Below, piece by piece: positions 9,437-19,091 of a stretch of DNA of 64,000 nucleotides (the first letter of the stretch is position 1; every line of letters starts with the position of its first letter). The stretch covers positions 66,822 through 130,821 of the forward strand of contig JBEKIG010000002.1 in the NCBI GenBank assembly GCA_050011875.1, written 5' to 3'. The position numbers and the translations under genes are program-made. The stretch comes from Nitrososphaeria archaeon (GTDB lineage Archaea > Thermoproteota > Nitrososphaeria > JACIWG01). Below the pieces are notes generated by a model, which did no database searches, was not told the origin of the DNA, and worked only from the letters and a program-made list of their open reading frames with translations.

Positions 9437-10294
9437 TTATTTTGAAGTATCTTGCTGATCGTTGGTAGTCTTCTTACCATCTACGTTGAAGCTTTCAATA
9501 TCCTTCCAAGCATCTTCGGAAATCAGTTTGTTCAGACGTTCCTCTTCAACAGGTGCACCAAATTCTTTCTCTAACCGCGCCTTTAAATCGGGTGACTGTG
9601 CCATTTGAACAAGGAATATGTACATCTCCATGTTATATGCGAATACACTTTCGAAATAGAGTCCAAGAACGGCTTTAGCCAGTTCTTTATCCTCAAAATT
9701 ATTTGACGCCTTTTCAATCACTTTTTCGACATTCTTTTTCTGCTCACCGATGAACTCTTCGAACATTTCTTCGATTTCGACACTAAATTTGTTTTTTTCT
9801 CTAATAAAAGAGATAAGGTTCTTTATTTCTTCCTGGTATTGATCAAGATAAAAAAGAATCAAGTAATCTGAATATTCAGGGTTTTCAATAATATAGTTTA
9901 ATGTGAATAAAAAATCGTGCCTGAGAGAGTTAAATTTATTATCAAGAATTTCCTTTGAGGTGCTTTTCTCAATCAATCTAAATAAACTAGCAGATTGATT
10001 TTTCTTTTCCAAAAATTTCTGGAAGACAGAAAAAAGGTAGCCGTGAGGAAAATTAGTTATATCTGTGTTAGGATTCAATTCGTAATATGTCGAAGGTGGA
10101 CGCGTTCCAGGGTCAACCTTTCTCTTAACTATACCTTTATCCGTAAGATCTCGGAGCCTATCACTAAGTGTTCTAGAGCTGATATCCGCCAACTTCTTCA
10201 ATTCCTGCCACCGTAAACTGCCCCTCCCCAGAAGTAGATTCAGAATTTTAGTTGTCGTTATAACCTTCTGAACATCTTGCATCTTTTCGTTCAT
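9437..10294 (-). CDS. Winged-helix transcriptional regulator (HxlR-like N-terminus) with a long C-terminal domain
   Basis: The segment WQELKKLADISSRTLSDRLRDLTDKGIVKRKV..YELN matches the HxlR-type winged-helix pattern. Confidence 0.45.
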   Translation of the reverse strand: MNEKMQDVQKVITTTKILNLLLGRGSLRWQELKKLADISSRTLSDRLRDLTDKGIVKRKVDPGTRPPSTYYELNPNTDITNFPHGYLFSVFQKFLEKKNQSASLFRLIEKSTSKEILDNKFNSLRHDFLFTLNYIIENPEYSDYLILFYLDQYQEEIKNLISFIREKNKFSVEIEEMFEEFIGEQKKNVEKVIEKASNNFEDKELAKAVLGLYFESVFAYNMEMYIFLVQMAQSPDLKARLEKEFGAPVEEERLNKLISEDAWKDIESFNVDGKKTTNDQQDTSK

Positions 10295-10488
10295 GTCACT
10301 CCAACATTAAGTTTAGGGGACATTGATAATAAACTTTCTGTTTATCGATTGTTATTGCAATACTGTCACTTTAAAAAATACAGCTAAAAAAATGGCACAT
10401 TACATTAAAAATAGCAGAGATATAAAAGTTAATATTATATTTGTCAATAAAATTTGTAAGTCATAAAGAAAAAAAGATGATTTTATCA

Positions 10489-11832
10489 TCATGATGCTAG
10501 AACGACGAAAGATAATGAGTACGTATTTGTGCCATCGCTTAGTTCCAAGCCTAAAGTATATGTAACGTTAGGAACAAATGCCCCGTTTGCACATGTGAAC
10601 CAAAGTGTCTTAGTTTCTCCAGGGTTGATAATGGTGCTTTGTGCAGGTGGATTTGATCCCCCTGGTGAAGGTGCAATCGAAGTTATCTTTTCCTGGGTTA
10701 TCTTTGAGAAACCATTGTTCTTTATGTTCAGGATCAAGTTGTTTCCAGTAGTGTATCCACCGTCGATTTCTGCTCTGAACTGACTGCCACTTCCAGTCAC
10801 TTTACACGAAAGGTCATATGCCTGTTGAGTTTGAGCCCAACCTACAGATAATTTAATATTGTAAGTTTCGTAAGGGTCAAATGTAATTGATTTACCGTAT
10901 ATATCCTTAAGATCGTAGGAGAATTTGACTGCCGCACCTGGATTGATACCACCAAGTAGTTGTATCTGTCCACTTGGTAAATTTGTACCCTTTGGTCTCG
11001 GTTCAATATCCACTAACTCAATCCAATTTATTGGTAGAGAACCCGTGTTTCTTACATCAGTGTAAAGTCTGTCACCGATAACATACGCATTCTCCACTCG
11101 ACATTTAAGTAGAATCGAAATAATGCCCTCATGTTCCTTCCTTATTTCACTATAGTCTTTAGAAAGTTTCAAGTAATTCTCCTTTATTGAATCAATATTG
11201 GTTGTCAGTTTGTTGTATTTTTCCCGAGATGCTTTTACCTCAGAGTTTATTCCTGTAAAATATGTTGTAAGCTGACTACTCTTCAAGACACGGTCTTCAA
11301 GAAAATAAGCTATAAAGAAAATTATTCCTACGAGAATTACGACAAAAACTCCATAGCCTATCATGACAATAGCAAATACGCCTTTTTCGATAAGAGGTTG
11401 TAGCGAACCACTTTGACTTCCGGCTTCAGAGACAAGTTCCGATCTTACCGAATCAACGCCGAGTATCCACAGAAGACCTGTCATAATGCTGAAGACGCCT
11501 GCGAATAATGATATTTTTCTGTAAGCTATAGATAGAGTACCCAATATTATTGAAGCAAAGTAAAGAAGAGTTGCGGCTATCATCGTTCTCATCATCAATA
11601 AAATCTGAATCAAAGTATTGAGGAAGATGCCCATGTTAGTCGTTGGAAATGAGTAAGAGGTGTTAATGATTATTTTGAATATATCAGCCAGCATCAGGTT
11701 ATATTGATCATTAGTTGTAGTACTGGGCAAGCTCGTACTCGTGCTAAACAAGCTAATGCTGAGCCAAGGCATGGGGGAAGCAAGGATCAGAACTAATAAC
11801 CCTAATCCAGCTACAATACTAAAAGTTTTCAT
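10489..11832 (-). CDS. Polytopic membrane protein with a coiled coil and a beta-rich extracellular domain
   Basis: A signal/TM segment is followed by about four TM helices, a coiled-coil segment and a Ser/Thr/Gly-rich C-terminal domain. Confidence 0.45.
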   Translation of the reverse strand: MKTFSIVAGLGLLVLILASPMPWLSISLFSTSTSLPSTTTNDQYNLMLADIFKIIINTSYSFPTTNMGIFLNTLIQILLMMRTMIAATLLYFASIILGTLSIAYRKISLFAGVFSIMTGLLWILGVDSVRSELVSEAGSQSGSLQPLIEKGVFAIVMIGYGVFVVILVGIIFFIAYFLEDRVLKSSQLTTYFTGINSEVKASREKYNKLTTNIDSIKENYLKLSKDYSEIRKEHEGIISILLKCRVENAYVIGDRLYTDVRNTGSLPINWIELVDIEPRPKGTNLPSGQIQLLGGINPGAAVKFSYDLKDIYGKSITFDPYETYNIKLSVGWAQTQQAYDLSCKVTGSGSQFRAEIDGGYTTGNNLILNIKNNGFSKITQEKITSIAPSPGGSNPPAQSTIINPGETKTLWFTCANGAFVPNVTYTLGLELSDGTNTYSLSFVVLAS

Positions 11833-12031
11833 TGTTACTATTTTTTAAGATTCCATTATTTAACGATTACGGAGCAAATATTTTTTATAAAGATTGACAG
11901 ATAAATACTTCGAAGATTTAATTTTATGGTAAACAGAGTTTACCATACATTAAAGACTCAAATTTGAAAAGTGTTGGGTAAATAAAGTGTGCTATATTCT
12001 TTTTATTATTGTTTATAGTAACATAGGCCTA

Positions 12032-12724
12032 TTATTTTATTTTTAAGACATTAAGTCCTTCAATGATTCTTTGTACCGTTTCCTCAGGAGGACTGTTCAT
12101 CCAAACATCAACAAAGGGGATCTTACCTTCCTTCTTATCCATATAGTATTCAATAATAGGTTTACTCTGTTTTTCATAGACCTTTAATCGTTCTTTGATC
12201 ACCTTTGGATTATCATCGTTTCTCTGAATAAGAGGTGAACCGCATTTGTCACATATCATATCTTTGTGAGGCAGCAGGGGTGGTAAAACATAATTTACGC
12301 CGTTAATAGTTTTTTTAATGTCTGCGATATTATAATTGCCATCACATTTTGGATTAGAGCATATTCTTCTCGCCGAAATCTTCTCGACGAGGATTTCGCT
12401 TGGGGCGTTAATCCTTATTATAGCATCAATCTTTGCAATTTTGTCTAGCGCTACAGCTTGTCTTAAAGTTCTAGGAAAACCATCTAAAATAAAATTGTCC
12501 AAGTTACGAAGTTTCTTTTGAATTACTTCTATCACTATTTCGTCTGGAACAAGCTTTCCCTCCCTTAGGAGATCCTCAATTTTCTTACCCAATGCTGAAC
12601 CCTTCCTTATTTCTTCCCTAAAGATGTCGCCAGTGGAAATCTTTTCTAAACTAAATTTCTCCTTAAGTCTAATGGAGTACGTGCCTTTACCTGAACCAGG
12701 TGGTCCTAAAATTATCAACTTCAT
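12032..12724 (-). CDS. adk: Adenylate kinase (long form with Zn-binding LID)
   Basis: The P-loop GPPGSGKGT is present, and the LID carries the CSNPKCDG..CDKCG zinc motif. Confidence 0.85.
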   Translation of the reverse strand: MKLIILGPPGSGKGTYSIRLKEKFSLEKISTGDIFREEIRKGSALGKKIEDLLREGKLVPDEIVIEVIQKKLRNLDNFILDGFPRTLRQAVALDKIAKIDAIIRINAPSEILVEKISARRICSNPKCDGNYNIADIKKTINGVNYVLPPLLPHKDMICDKCGSPLIQRNDDNPKVIKERLKVYEKQSKPIIEYYMDKKEGKIPFVDVWMNSPPEETVQRIIEGLNVLKIK

Positions 12725-12812
12725 ATTATTCGCTCACATACTCTTACATTAAATATTTTAAACTTTTTCTACAGCAAAAATGGCTTTAAAAATATTTAAC
12801 TAAGGATATGGC

Positions 12813-14321
12813 TTGCTATTAACAATGCATCAAGAACAAACGGTAGATGAGCAGATAAATATTTTCTTTGATCCAAAGTCAGTGGCTGTAGTAGGCGCTT
12901 CACGGAAAGTAAACAAAGCAGGTTATGTGATATTTAAGAACTTTGCTGAGAATAAGAGAACCGGTTTATTCAAAGGAGAGCTCTATCCGATTAACCCTAA
13001 CGAAGATACTATTCTAGGGTACAAATGTTACCCGACGTTAACAAAAGTTCCCATTGATGAAATAGAACTTGTCGTAGTAATTGTTCCAGCAGCTGTCGTC
13101 CCTGAGGTTATGGAGGATGCTTCGCAAAAGAAATCAAAAGCGGCTATAATAATAACAAGCGGTTTTGGTGAAACAGGAAATCACGAACTCGAGAACCGCA
13201 TCAGAGAGATCTGCCTAAAATCTGGGATACGAGTCTTGGGACCTAACTGCCTTGGCGTTTACGATCCTTTAACAGGTATAGATACTCTCTTCTTGCCGGA
13301 GACAAAGGTTCTTATTTCTGGAGAAGAAGTAATTGCGACACCTCGTCCGATCCCCGGTGAGATCGCTGTAATAACGCAAAGCGGCGCATTTGGTGCAGCC
13401 ACCCTAGATTATCTTGCGGGTAGACAGTTGGGGATTAGCAAGTTTGTTAGCTTTGGCAACAGACTAGATTTAGATGAATCAGATTTGCTACAGTACTTTT
13501 TTAAAGATGAAGCAACAAAAGGCATACTGGTCTATCTTGAGGGAATTAAAGATGGAAAAAAGTTCATGGAAATCTCACAAAAGGTAACCGAGATTAAACC
13601 TGTAGTCGTGCTTAAGACTGGGAGGACCAATGCAGGAGCTAAAGCAGCAATGTCGCACACAGGATCAATGGCCGGAGCAGACGACATATATAATACTGTT
13701 TTTTTGCAAACGGGTATAATTAGAGCAAGCGATATGAATGAATTTTTTGATAATTGCAAGGCCTTGGTGTTCCAGCCCCCTGCATCTGGCAACAATATAG
13801 CTATAATTACAGATGCTGGCGGACCTGGCATAATGGCTGCGGATGAATGCGAGTTTAAGGGACTAAAAATTGGAGAACTTTCCGGAGAAAGTGTAAAGGC
13901 GTTGGAGGAAATGCGCCAAAGAAAAGAAATTCCTGAATACGCAAGCATTTCAAATCCAGTCGACCTAACCGGCTCTGTTACAACAGACATGTTCGTTAAT
14001 GTGACAAAAATAATATTAGAGGACTCTACTCTTAATGGAATCATAATACTCGGACTACATCACGTCCCTGGTCTGCAAGAAGATTTTATCGATAGAATCG
14101 CCAATCTAACAAAATATTACACCAAACCTGTAGTATTTTGCGATATTGGCGAAACCGAAATGGCACTTTATGTTCGCTCAAAATTTGAAAAATTTGGCAT
14201 ACCAGCTTACGCATCCCCTGAGGATGCGGCTCGAGCTATGGCTTCACTTTATAATTACGGCCTATACCTTTTAAAACAGAACAAACTTAATGATTTTCTG
14301 AATAAATTCATGAAAAAATGA
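12813..14321 (+). CDS. Acetyl-CoA synthetase (ADP-forming) alpha subunit / CoA-binding succinyl-CoA-synthetase-like protein
   Basis: The N-terminal CoA-binding motif VAVVGASRK is present, followed by the succinyl-CoA-ligase-like flavodoxin domain. No beta (ATP-grasp) subunit lies adjacent. Confidence 0.6.
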   Translation: MLLTMHQEQTVDEQINIFFDPKSVAVVGASRKVNKAGYVIFKNFAENKRTGLFKGELYPINPNEDTILGYKCYPTLTKVPIDEIELVVVIVPAAVVPEVMEDASQKKSKAAIIITSGFGETGNHELENRIREICLKSGIRVLGPNCLGVYDPLTGIDTLFLPETKVLISGEEVIATPRPIPGEIAVITQSGAFGAATLDYLAGRQLGISKFVSFGNRLDLDESDLLQYFFKDEATKGILVYLEGIKDGKKFMEISQKVTEIKPVVVLKTGRTNAGAKAAMSHTGSMAGADDIYNTVFLQTGIIRASDMNEFFDNCKALVFQPPASGNNIAIITDAGGPGIMAADECEFKGLKIGELSGESVKALEEMRQRKEIPEYASISNPVDLTGSVTTDMFVNVTKIILEDSTLNGIIILGLHHVPGLQEDFIDRIANLTKYYTKPVVFCDIGETEMALYVRSKFEKFGIPAYASPEDAARAMASLYNYGLYLLKQNKLNDFLNKFMKK

Positions 14322-14678
14322 AGAGTTTTAGATCCCAATAACTAGCATTGACCGAACCAAATGATAACACATATAGCTATTTTTGCTACAATTGAATCAT
14401 AATTACAAAATAGCCAAATATATTAAAGGTAACTGATTTTTTTTCTTATTAGTTAGAAGTTCGGTGTAAATGTGGTGCAATTAATTGTTGTTATTAATTA
14501 CTTTAAAACATTTATTGTACAAGTTTTTGTAATACGTGTATAAGAGTTATTTCAAACTAAGATTATGCTTTTGGATTTTGCAGTAGTTTTTAATGCGAAT
14601 AACGCATATTTGAGGGTAAAAAATGGTCAATTTTTTATTCAGAAACGTTTAAAAAACTTGATGATGCAATAAGAAACT

Positions 14679-15422
14679 ATGACAGAGAAGAAAGAAAAGA
14701 AAAAAGACGTAGGTCAAATGACTAATGTTGAAATAATGCAGGAACTTAGAAATTTTGATACTGCCACCATATGTAACGTTGTTGCTACATATCCGGGAAG
14801 TGACATTTGCCTAAAACTATATGACGCATGGTATGGAGAATATTACACTGATCTGAATCTCCATTGCATGTACCCAGACCTTGGTCCATTGTGTGGTTAT
14901 GCTGCGACAGCCTGGTATTCCCAAGAATCAGCTGATTATACTAAACTAGATGAGTGGTTGTTGTATGATCATCTGGACTTGAGTAATAAACCGATAATTC
15001 TAGTTACCAAGCAAACATATCCTCCTGAACTAGTTGATTCGTCAGGCCTTTTCGGGGGAAATATGACTTCCCAGTTTAAAGCAATGAAAGTAATCGGTAT
15101 TGTCACAGACGGCCCCATGAGAGATTATGAAGAAATAAAAGAGATGAAAGTACAGTATCTTGCTAAAGGACTTACTTCTGGACATGGCCCGCTAATGCTG
15201 AGAGGAGCCAACATACCGATTAGGGTCGCTGGAATGTCTGTTTCACCAGGCGATATAATTCATATGGATATCTGTGGAGCAGCAAAGTTCCCTGAAAAAT
15301 ATCTTCAAAAAGTATTAGAGTATGCTATTGAACTCAGAAATAGAGAGGTCAAGCACCAAAGCATGTTCCAAGACCCTAACTTTAGTTATAAAAAATGGAA
15401 GGAGAGCTCCAAGAAATACTGA
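14679..15422 (+). CDS. RraA-like family protein (4-hydroxy-4-methyl-2-oxoglutarate aldolase / MenG-like)
   Basis: The motifs TATICNV, GPMRDYEEI and SPGDIIHMDICGAAKFP match RraA family signatures. Confidence 0.55.
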   Translation: MTEKKEKKKDVGQMTNVEIMQELRNFDTATICNVVATYPGSDICLKLYDAWYGEYYTDLNLHCMYPDLGPLCGYAATAWYSQESADYTKLDEWLLYDHLDLSNKPIILVTKQTYPPELVDSSGLFGGNMTSQFKAMKVIGIVTDGPMRDYEEIKEMKVQYLAKGLTSGHGPLMLRGANIPIRVAGMSVSPGDIIHMDICGAAKFPEKYLQKVLEYAIELRNREVKHQSMFQDPNFSYKKWKESSKKY

Positions 15423-15465
15423 GTATATCTCCCTCTATTTGAAGAAATGATCTTGATACACTGGG

Positions 15466-16449
15466 TTACCGTTCAATTGAACAGTACATCTTTTCTCCTT
15501 TCTTTTTTACTTTAATAAGTGTCTTAACTTGTATACCGAACTTATCTAGAACCTGTTGTTTCCCCTTATAAATTTCCTTCTCCATTATACATGCGACATC
15601 AATTATTTTGACACCCTGTTTTTGGAAAGTATCGATCAAAGAAATTAATGTACCTCCGGTTGATATCGTGTCATCGATTATTAGTATTCGGTCGCCTGCT
15701 TTAACACTATATATGTAGTATCTTCCTTTCTCATAACCGGAAGAATATTTTACTTTATCTAAGAGGTAGTCGGTTGTGCCAAAAGGTCTCTTCCTTATGA
15801 TCGCCATAGGTTTTCCTTTACTTTGAGCTACGAGCGTAGCTATTGGTAAACCTAATACTTCAGGCACCACCACCTTATCAATTTCGTCTGAAGTTCTATC
15901 ATTTATTTCGCTTGCTATCCAGGACAGTGTTCTAGGACTTGGGGGAGGCACGTGTTTTGTAATCCTATTTAATATGAACTCGTATACCTTCCTCGAACCG
16001 TCTTTCACCCAACGCCTTCTAATTATTTTTGCATTTTCATAATACGAGGTTATTTCAGAGACTATTTCTTCATCATATTTCTTTTTCAGCGTTTGCGATT
16101 GTCTTATTTCTCTGAAGAAACATGTAACATTTCCTGTGTGACAGGTCGGTCCATATGGGTCGACCATATAAAGTATGGTATCATTGTCGCAGTCTACTCT
16201 GATCTGTACAACTTTAAGAAGATTTCCGGATGTTTCACCTTTCATCCATAACTTTTTCCTTGATCTACTCCAGAAATAGCCGAATCCCGTCTCTAAAGTT
16301 CTGTTTACAGCCTCTTTGTTGGCATAGGCGATCATAAGGACCTTGTTTGTTATAAAATCTTGCACGACAACAGGAACGAGACCGTTTTCCCCAAATTCTA
16401 TGTCCTCTTTTTCAACTGCTCCGTATGTTTTCATGTAATCCTTACACAC
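15466..16449 (-). CDS. hisI: Phosphoribosyl-AMP cyclohydrolase (HisI) fused to a type I phosphoribosyltransferase domain
   Basis: The N-terminal roughly 115 aa form the HisI fold (..WSRSRKKLWMKGETSGN..CDNDT..). The C-terminus carries the PRPP-binding motif ILIIDDTISTGGTL. It is the last gene of the his operon and overlaps hisF by 19 nt. Confidence 0.7.
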   Translation of the reverse strand: MCKDYMKTYGAVEKEDIEFGENGLVPVVVQDFITNKVLMIAYANKEAVNRTLETGFGYFWSRSRKKLWMKGETSGNLLKVVQIRVDCDNDTILYMVDPYGPTCHTGNVTCFFREIRQSQTLKKKYDEEIVSEITSYYENAKIIRRRWVKDGSRKVYEFILNRITKHVPPPSPRTLSWIASEINDRTSDEIDKVVVPEVLGLPIATLVAQSKGKPMAIIRKRPFGTTDYLLDKVKYSSGYEKGRYYIYSVKAGDRILIIDDTISTGGTLISLIDTFQKQGVKIIDVACIMEKEIYKGKQQVLDKFGIQVKTLIKVKKKGEKMYCSIER

Positions 16450-17147
16450 ACTCCTCTGTCGGCAAGATATTTTTTCACAGCTTGCACGGGATACTCGTTA
16501 AAATGGAATATTGACGCGGCCAGCACAGCGTCAGCCTTCCCTATAGTAACCGCTTCATATAGATGCTGTGGGTTTCCTCCACCTCCACTCGCTATGACCG
16601 GGATGTTAACGTTTGAAGATACAAGTGAAGTTAATTCAAGGTCGTATCCGATCTTTGAGCCATCCCTATCTATCGATGTTAGAAGGATCTCCCCTGCCCC
16701 AAGCTTTTCCACATTCACAGCCCAATCCCTCACATCAATTCCCCTCGCTTTGCGGGCACCGTGAGTATAAACCTCAAAGCCCGAATGCACGCTTTTCGAG
16801 CGTTTCCCATCTATAGCTACAACCACACACTGGCTGCCATATTTGTTAGCGAGCTCGGTTATTATGGTGGGTTTTTCGACAGCCATAGTATTTATTGACA
16901 CTTTATCGGCTCCATTCCTCAAAATTGAATATGCATCATCCATGCTTCTTATCCCACCTCCGACAGTAAACGGAATATCTAGAACTTCTGCAACGCTCTT
17001 GACAACGCTTAGTAAAGTTTTTCTTGTTTCGATTGTTGCTGTTATATCTAAAAAGACTATCTCATCAGCGTTGTCATTTCTGTACTTAAGTGCCATTTCA
17101 ACAGGGTCGCCCGCTACTTTCAAGTCGACAAAGCTTTTTCCTTTCAT
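16431..17147 (-). CDS. hisF: Imidazole glycerol phosphate synthase cyclase subunit
   Basis: The (beta/alpha)8 HisF pattern is present (DEIVFLDITAT.., GGGIRS) and the gene sits in operon context. Confidence 0.85.
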   Translation of the reverse strand: MKGKSFVDLKVAGDPVEMALKYRNDNADEIVFLDITATIETRKTLLSVVKSVAEVLDIPFTVGGGIRSMDDAYSILRNGADKVSINTMAVEKPTIITELANKYGSQCVVVAIDGKRSKSVHSGFEVYTHGARKARGIDVRDWAVNVEKLGAGEILLTSIDRDGSKIGYDLELTSLVSSNVNIPVIASGGGGNPQHLYEAVTIGKADAVLAASIFHFNEYPVQAVKKYLADRGVCVRIT

Positions 17148-17187
17148 TACCTTACCGTTGTCGACATCTAGGCACGGAATTATCCTT

Positions 17188-17907
17188 TTAGCTACACTCG
17201 TTTCTGGTCACCTTTAAAGCGTCAGAGATGTCAATTAATCTATCGTATATTACTCGGCCGAGGATTACCCCCCTGATTTTATAATTTTTCAAGACTCTGA
17301 TATCGTTTAATGAAGAGATTCCGCCTGCAACATAAATTTGTTCAGAGAAATCATGTAACAGGTCCAAGTATGAAGTATCAAGGCCTGTTAGTGTACCATC
17401 CCTTTGAACGTTTGTTGAAAGAAATAACCTGAAACCTTGATTCCAAAGACCTTGGATTGTGGGTTGAAGCTCAAGGGCTAATTTTTTTTTCCAGCCATTT
17501 ATGACAATCTTTCCCTGTGAATGATCTATGGCAACAATTATTTTTTCTGCACCAAATTTTAACAACTCTGCGTGATCAATTTGACCTGTAAATATCCCAG
17601 TTCCGATAATAGCTCTGCAAGATCCTATTTCAAATATCTTTTCTACGTCCCGTATGCTATGTAGTCCGCCTCCCACCTGAATTTTTATATTAGATTTCTG
17701 AATAATTTTCCTAATTACTTCAGAGTTACTTCCTATTCCTAAAGCTGCATCAAGGTCTATAATGTGTAGGCCGTCGACCTTCATTTTCTCCCAATTTTCA
17801 GCGGTTTTAACTGGGTTATCGCTGTAAACTATCATTTTCTCTTGTTCACCTTTTACTAACCTTACAACCTTTCCTTTCATTAGGTCAACTGATGGCCATA
17901 CTTCCAA
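17188..17907 (-). CDS. hisA: ProFAR isomerase
   Basis: A HisA-like TIM barrel (SVDLMKGKVVRL, VGGGL) in his operon context. Confidence 0.8.
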   Translation of the reverse strand: MEVWPSVDLMKGKVVRLVKGEQEKMIVYSDNPVKTAENWEKMKVDGLHIIDLDAALGIGSNSEVIRKIIQKSNIKIQVGGGLHSIRDVEKIFEIGSCRAIIGTGIFTGQIDHAELLKFGAEKIIVAIDHSQGKIVINGWKKKLALELQPTIQGLWNQGFRLFLSTNVQRDGTLTGLDTSYLDLLHDFSEQIYVAGGISSLNDIRVLKNYKIRGVILGRVIYDRLIDISDALKVTRNECS

Positions 17908-17911
17908 TTTC

Positions 17912-18514
17912 TCATCTCTTTACGTACTTAATAAAATTCTCCAATATTTTTTTTCCTACATCTCCCGACTTTTCAGGATGAAATTGTGTTCCAAACAAGT
18001 TTTTCTTTTCGACAACTGAAGTGAATTTTGAGCCATAGAATGTCATACCTGTCTTAATAGAATCGTCTTTTGGTTCAGGATAATACGAGTGAGCAAAGTA
18101 AACCCACCTCGGTTCATATATATGATTGAGTAAAATGCTGTCCTTATTTAATTTAACTGAGTTCCATCCCATATGCGGTATTTTTACACCATTGCTAAAT
18201 CTAATTACTTCACCTTCGAATATGCCTAACCCATCACCCGGTCCCTCTTCACTTCGTTCAAACATGAGCTGAAGCCCAAGACATATTCCAAGCAGGGGGA
18301 CACCTTCTTCGATCGCTTCTATGATCTTGTTTTTGACTTTCTCCATGGTTTCGCAGGCTGATGAAAAACTTCCGACACCTGGAAGAATGATCGCGGAATA
18401 TTTCCTTAAGTCATAATTTTTTGGAATGACATCAACATCGACGTTGAGTCTTCTAAGTGAAGATAGAAGACTAAACATGTTGCTTGCTCCATAATCTATT
18501 ACAGCAAATTTCAT
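17912..18514 (-). CDS. hisH: Imidazole glycerol phosphate synthase glutamine amidotransferase subunit
   Basis: A class I GATase with GICLGLQ, and HSY near the C-terminus. Confidence 0.85.
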   Translation of the reverse strand: MKFAVIDYGASNMFSLLSSLRRLNVDVDVIPKNYDLRKYSAIILPGVGSFSSACETMEKVKNKIIEAIEEGVPLLGICLGLQLMFERSEEGPGDGLGIFEGEVIRFSNGVKIPHMGWNSVKLNKDSILLNHIYEPRWVYFAHSYYPEPKDDSIKTGMTFYGSKFTSVVEKKNLFGTQFHPEKSGDVGKKILENFIKYVKR

Positions 18515-19090
18515 CTACATCTTGCCTTTGGAGCTAGGAATACCTTTCCGTTTCCGATCTACTTCCCATGCTTCGCTTAAAGATAGGGCAAGACCTTTGA
18601 ATACCGCCTCGACCTTGTGATGATTGTTTGTGCCTCTCAGAACATTTACGTGCAATGTAAATTTTAGCGAATTCGCTAGAGTCTCAATAAAATGCGGTAT
18701 GTCTTCTGAAGCCATATCTTCTATTTGTCCGCTCCATAAATCAAGTTCTATATCTGAGAATTGGCGCGTGACTAAATCGATGCTCACGAGTGCCAAAGCA
18801 TCGTCCATTGGAACTATTGAATACCCAAACCTCTTAATACCATTCCTGTCGCCAAGCGCTTGTCTTAACGCTTCCCCTAACGTTATCGCGACATCCTCAA
18901 CTATGTGATGACTTAGATCACCTTTTGCTTTAATTTCGAGGTCAATATAGCTGTGAACAGCAAGCTCACAAAGAAGGTGGTCTAAAAATCTTATACTGGT
19001 GTCTATGTTGGTTTTACCATCCCCATCTATGTTCAACTTTATCTTGATTTCAGTTTCTTTGGTTTTTCTCTCAACAGTTGAAGTTCTCAT
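18515..19090 (-). CDS. hisB: Imidazoleglycerol-phosphate dehydratase (monofunctional)
   Basis: HisB-type His/Glu-rich motifs are present (RFLDHLL, SHHIVEDV) in his operon context. Confidence 0.85.
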   Translation of the reverse strand: MRTSTVERKTKETEIKIKLNIDGDGKTNIDTSIRFLDHLLCELAVHSYIDLEIKAKGDLSHHIVEDVAITLGEALRQALGDRNGIKRFGYSIVPMDDALALVSIDLVTRQFSDIELDLWSGQIEDMASEDIPHFIETLANSLKFTLHVNVLRGTNNHHKVEAVFKGLALSLSEAWEVDRKRKGIPSSKGKM

Positions 19091-19091
19091 G

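Noticed and set aside
12813-14321. A missing beta subunit of ADP-forming acetyl-CoA synthetase as an anomaly.
   Set aside because: Alpha and beta genes are often unlinked in archaea, so the absence from this window is uninformative.
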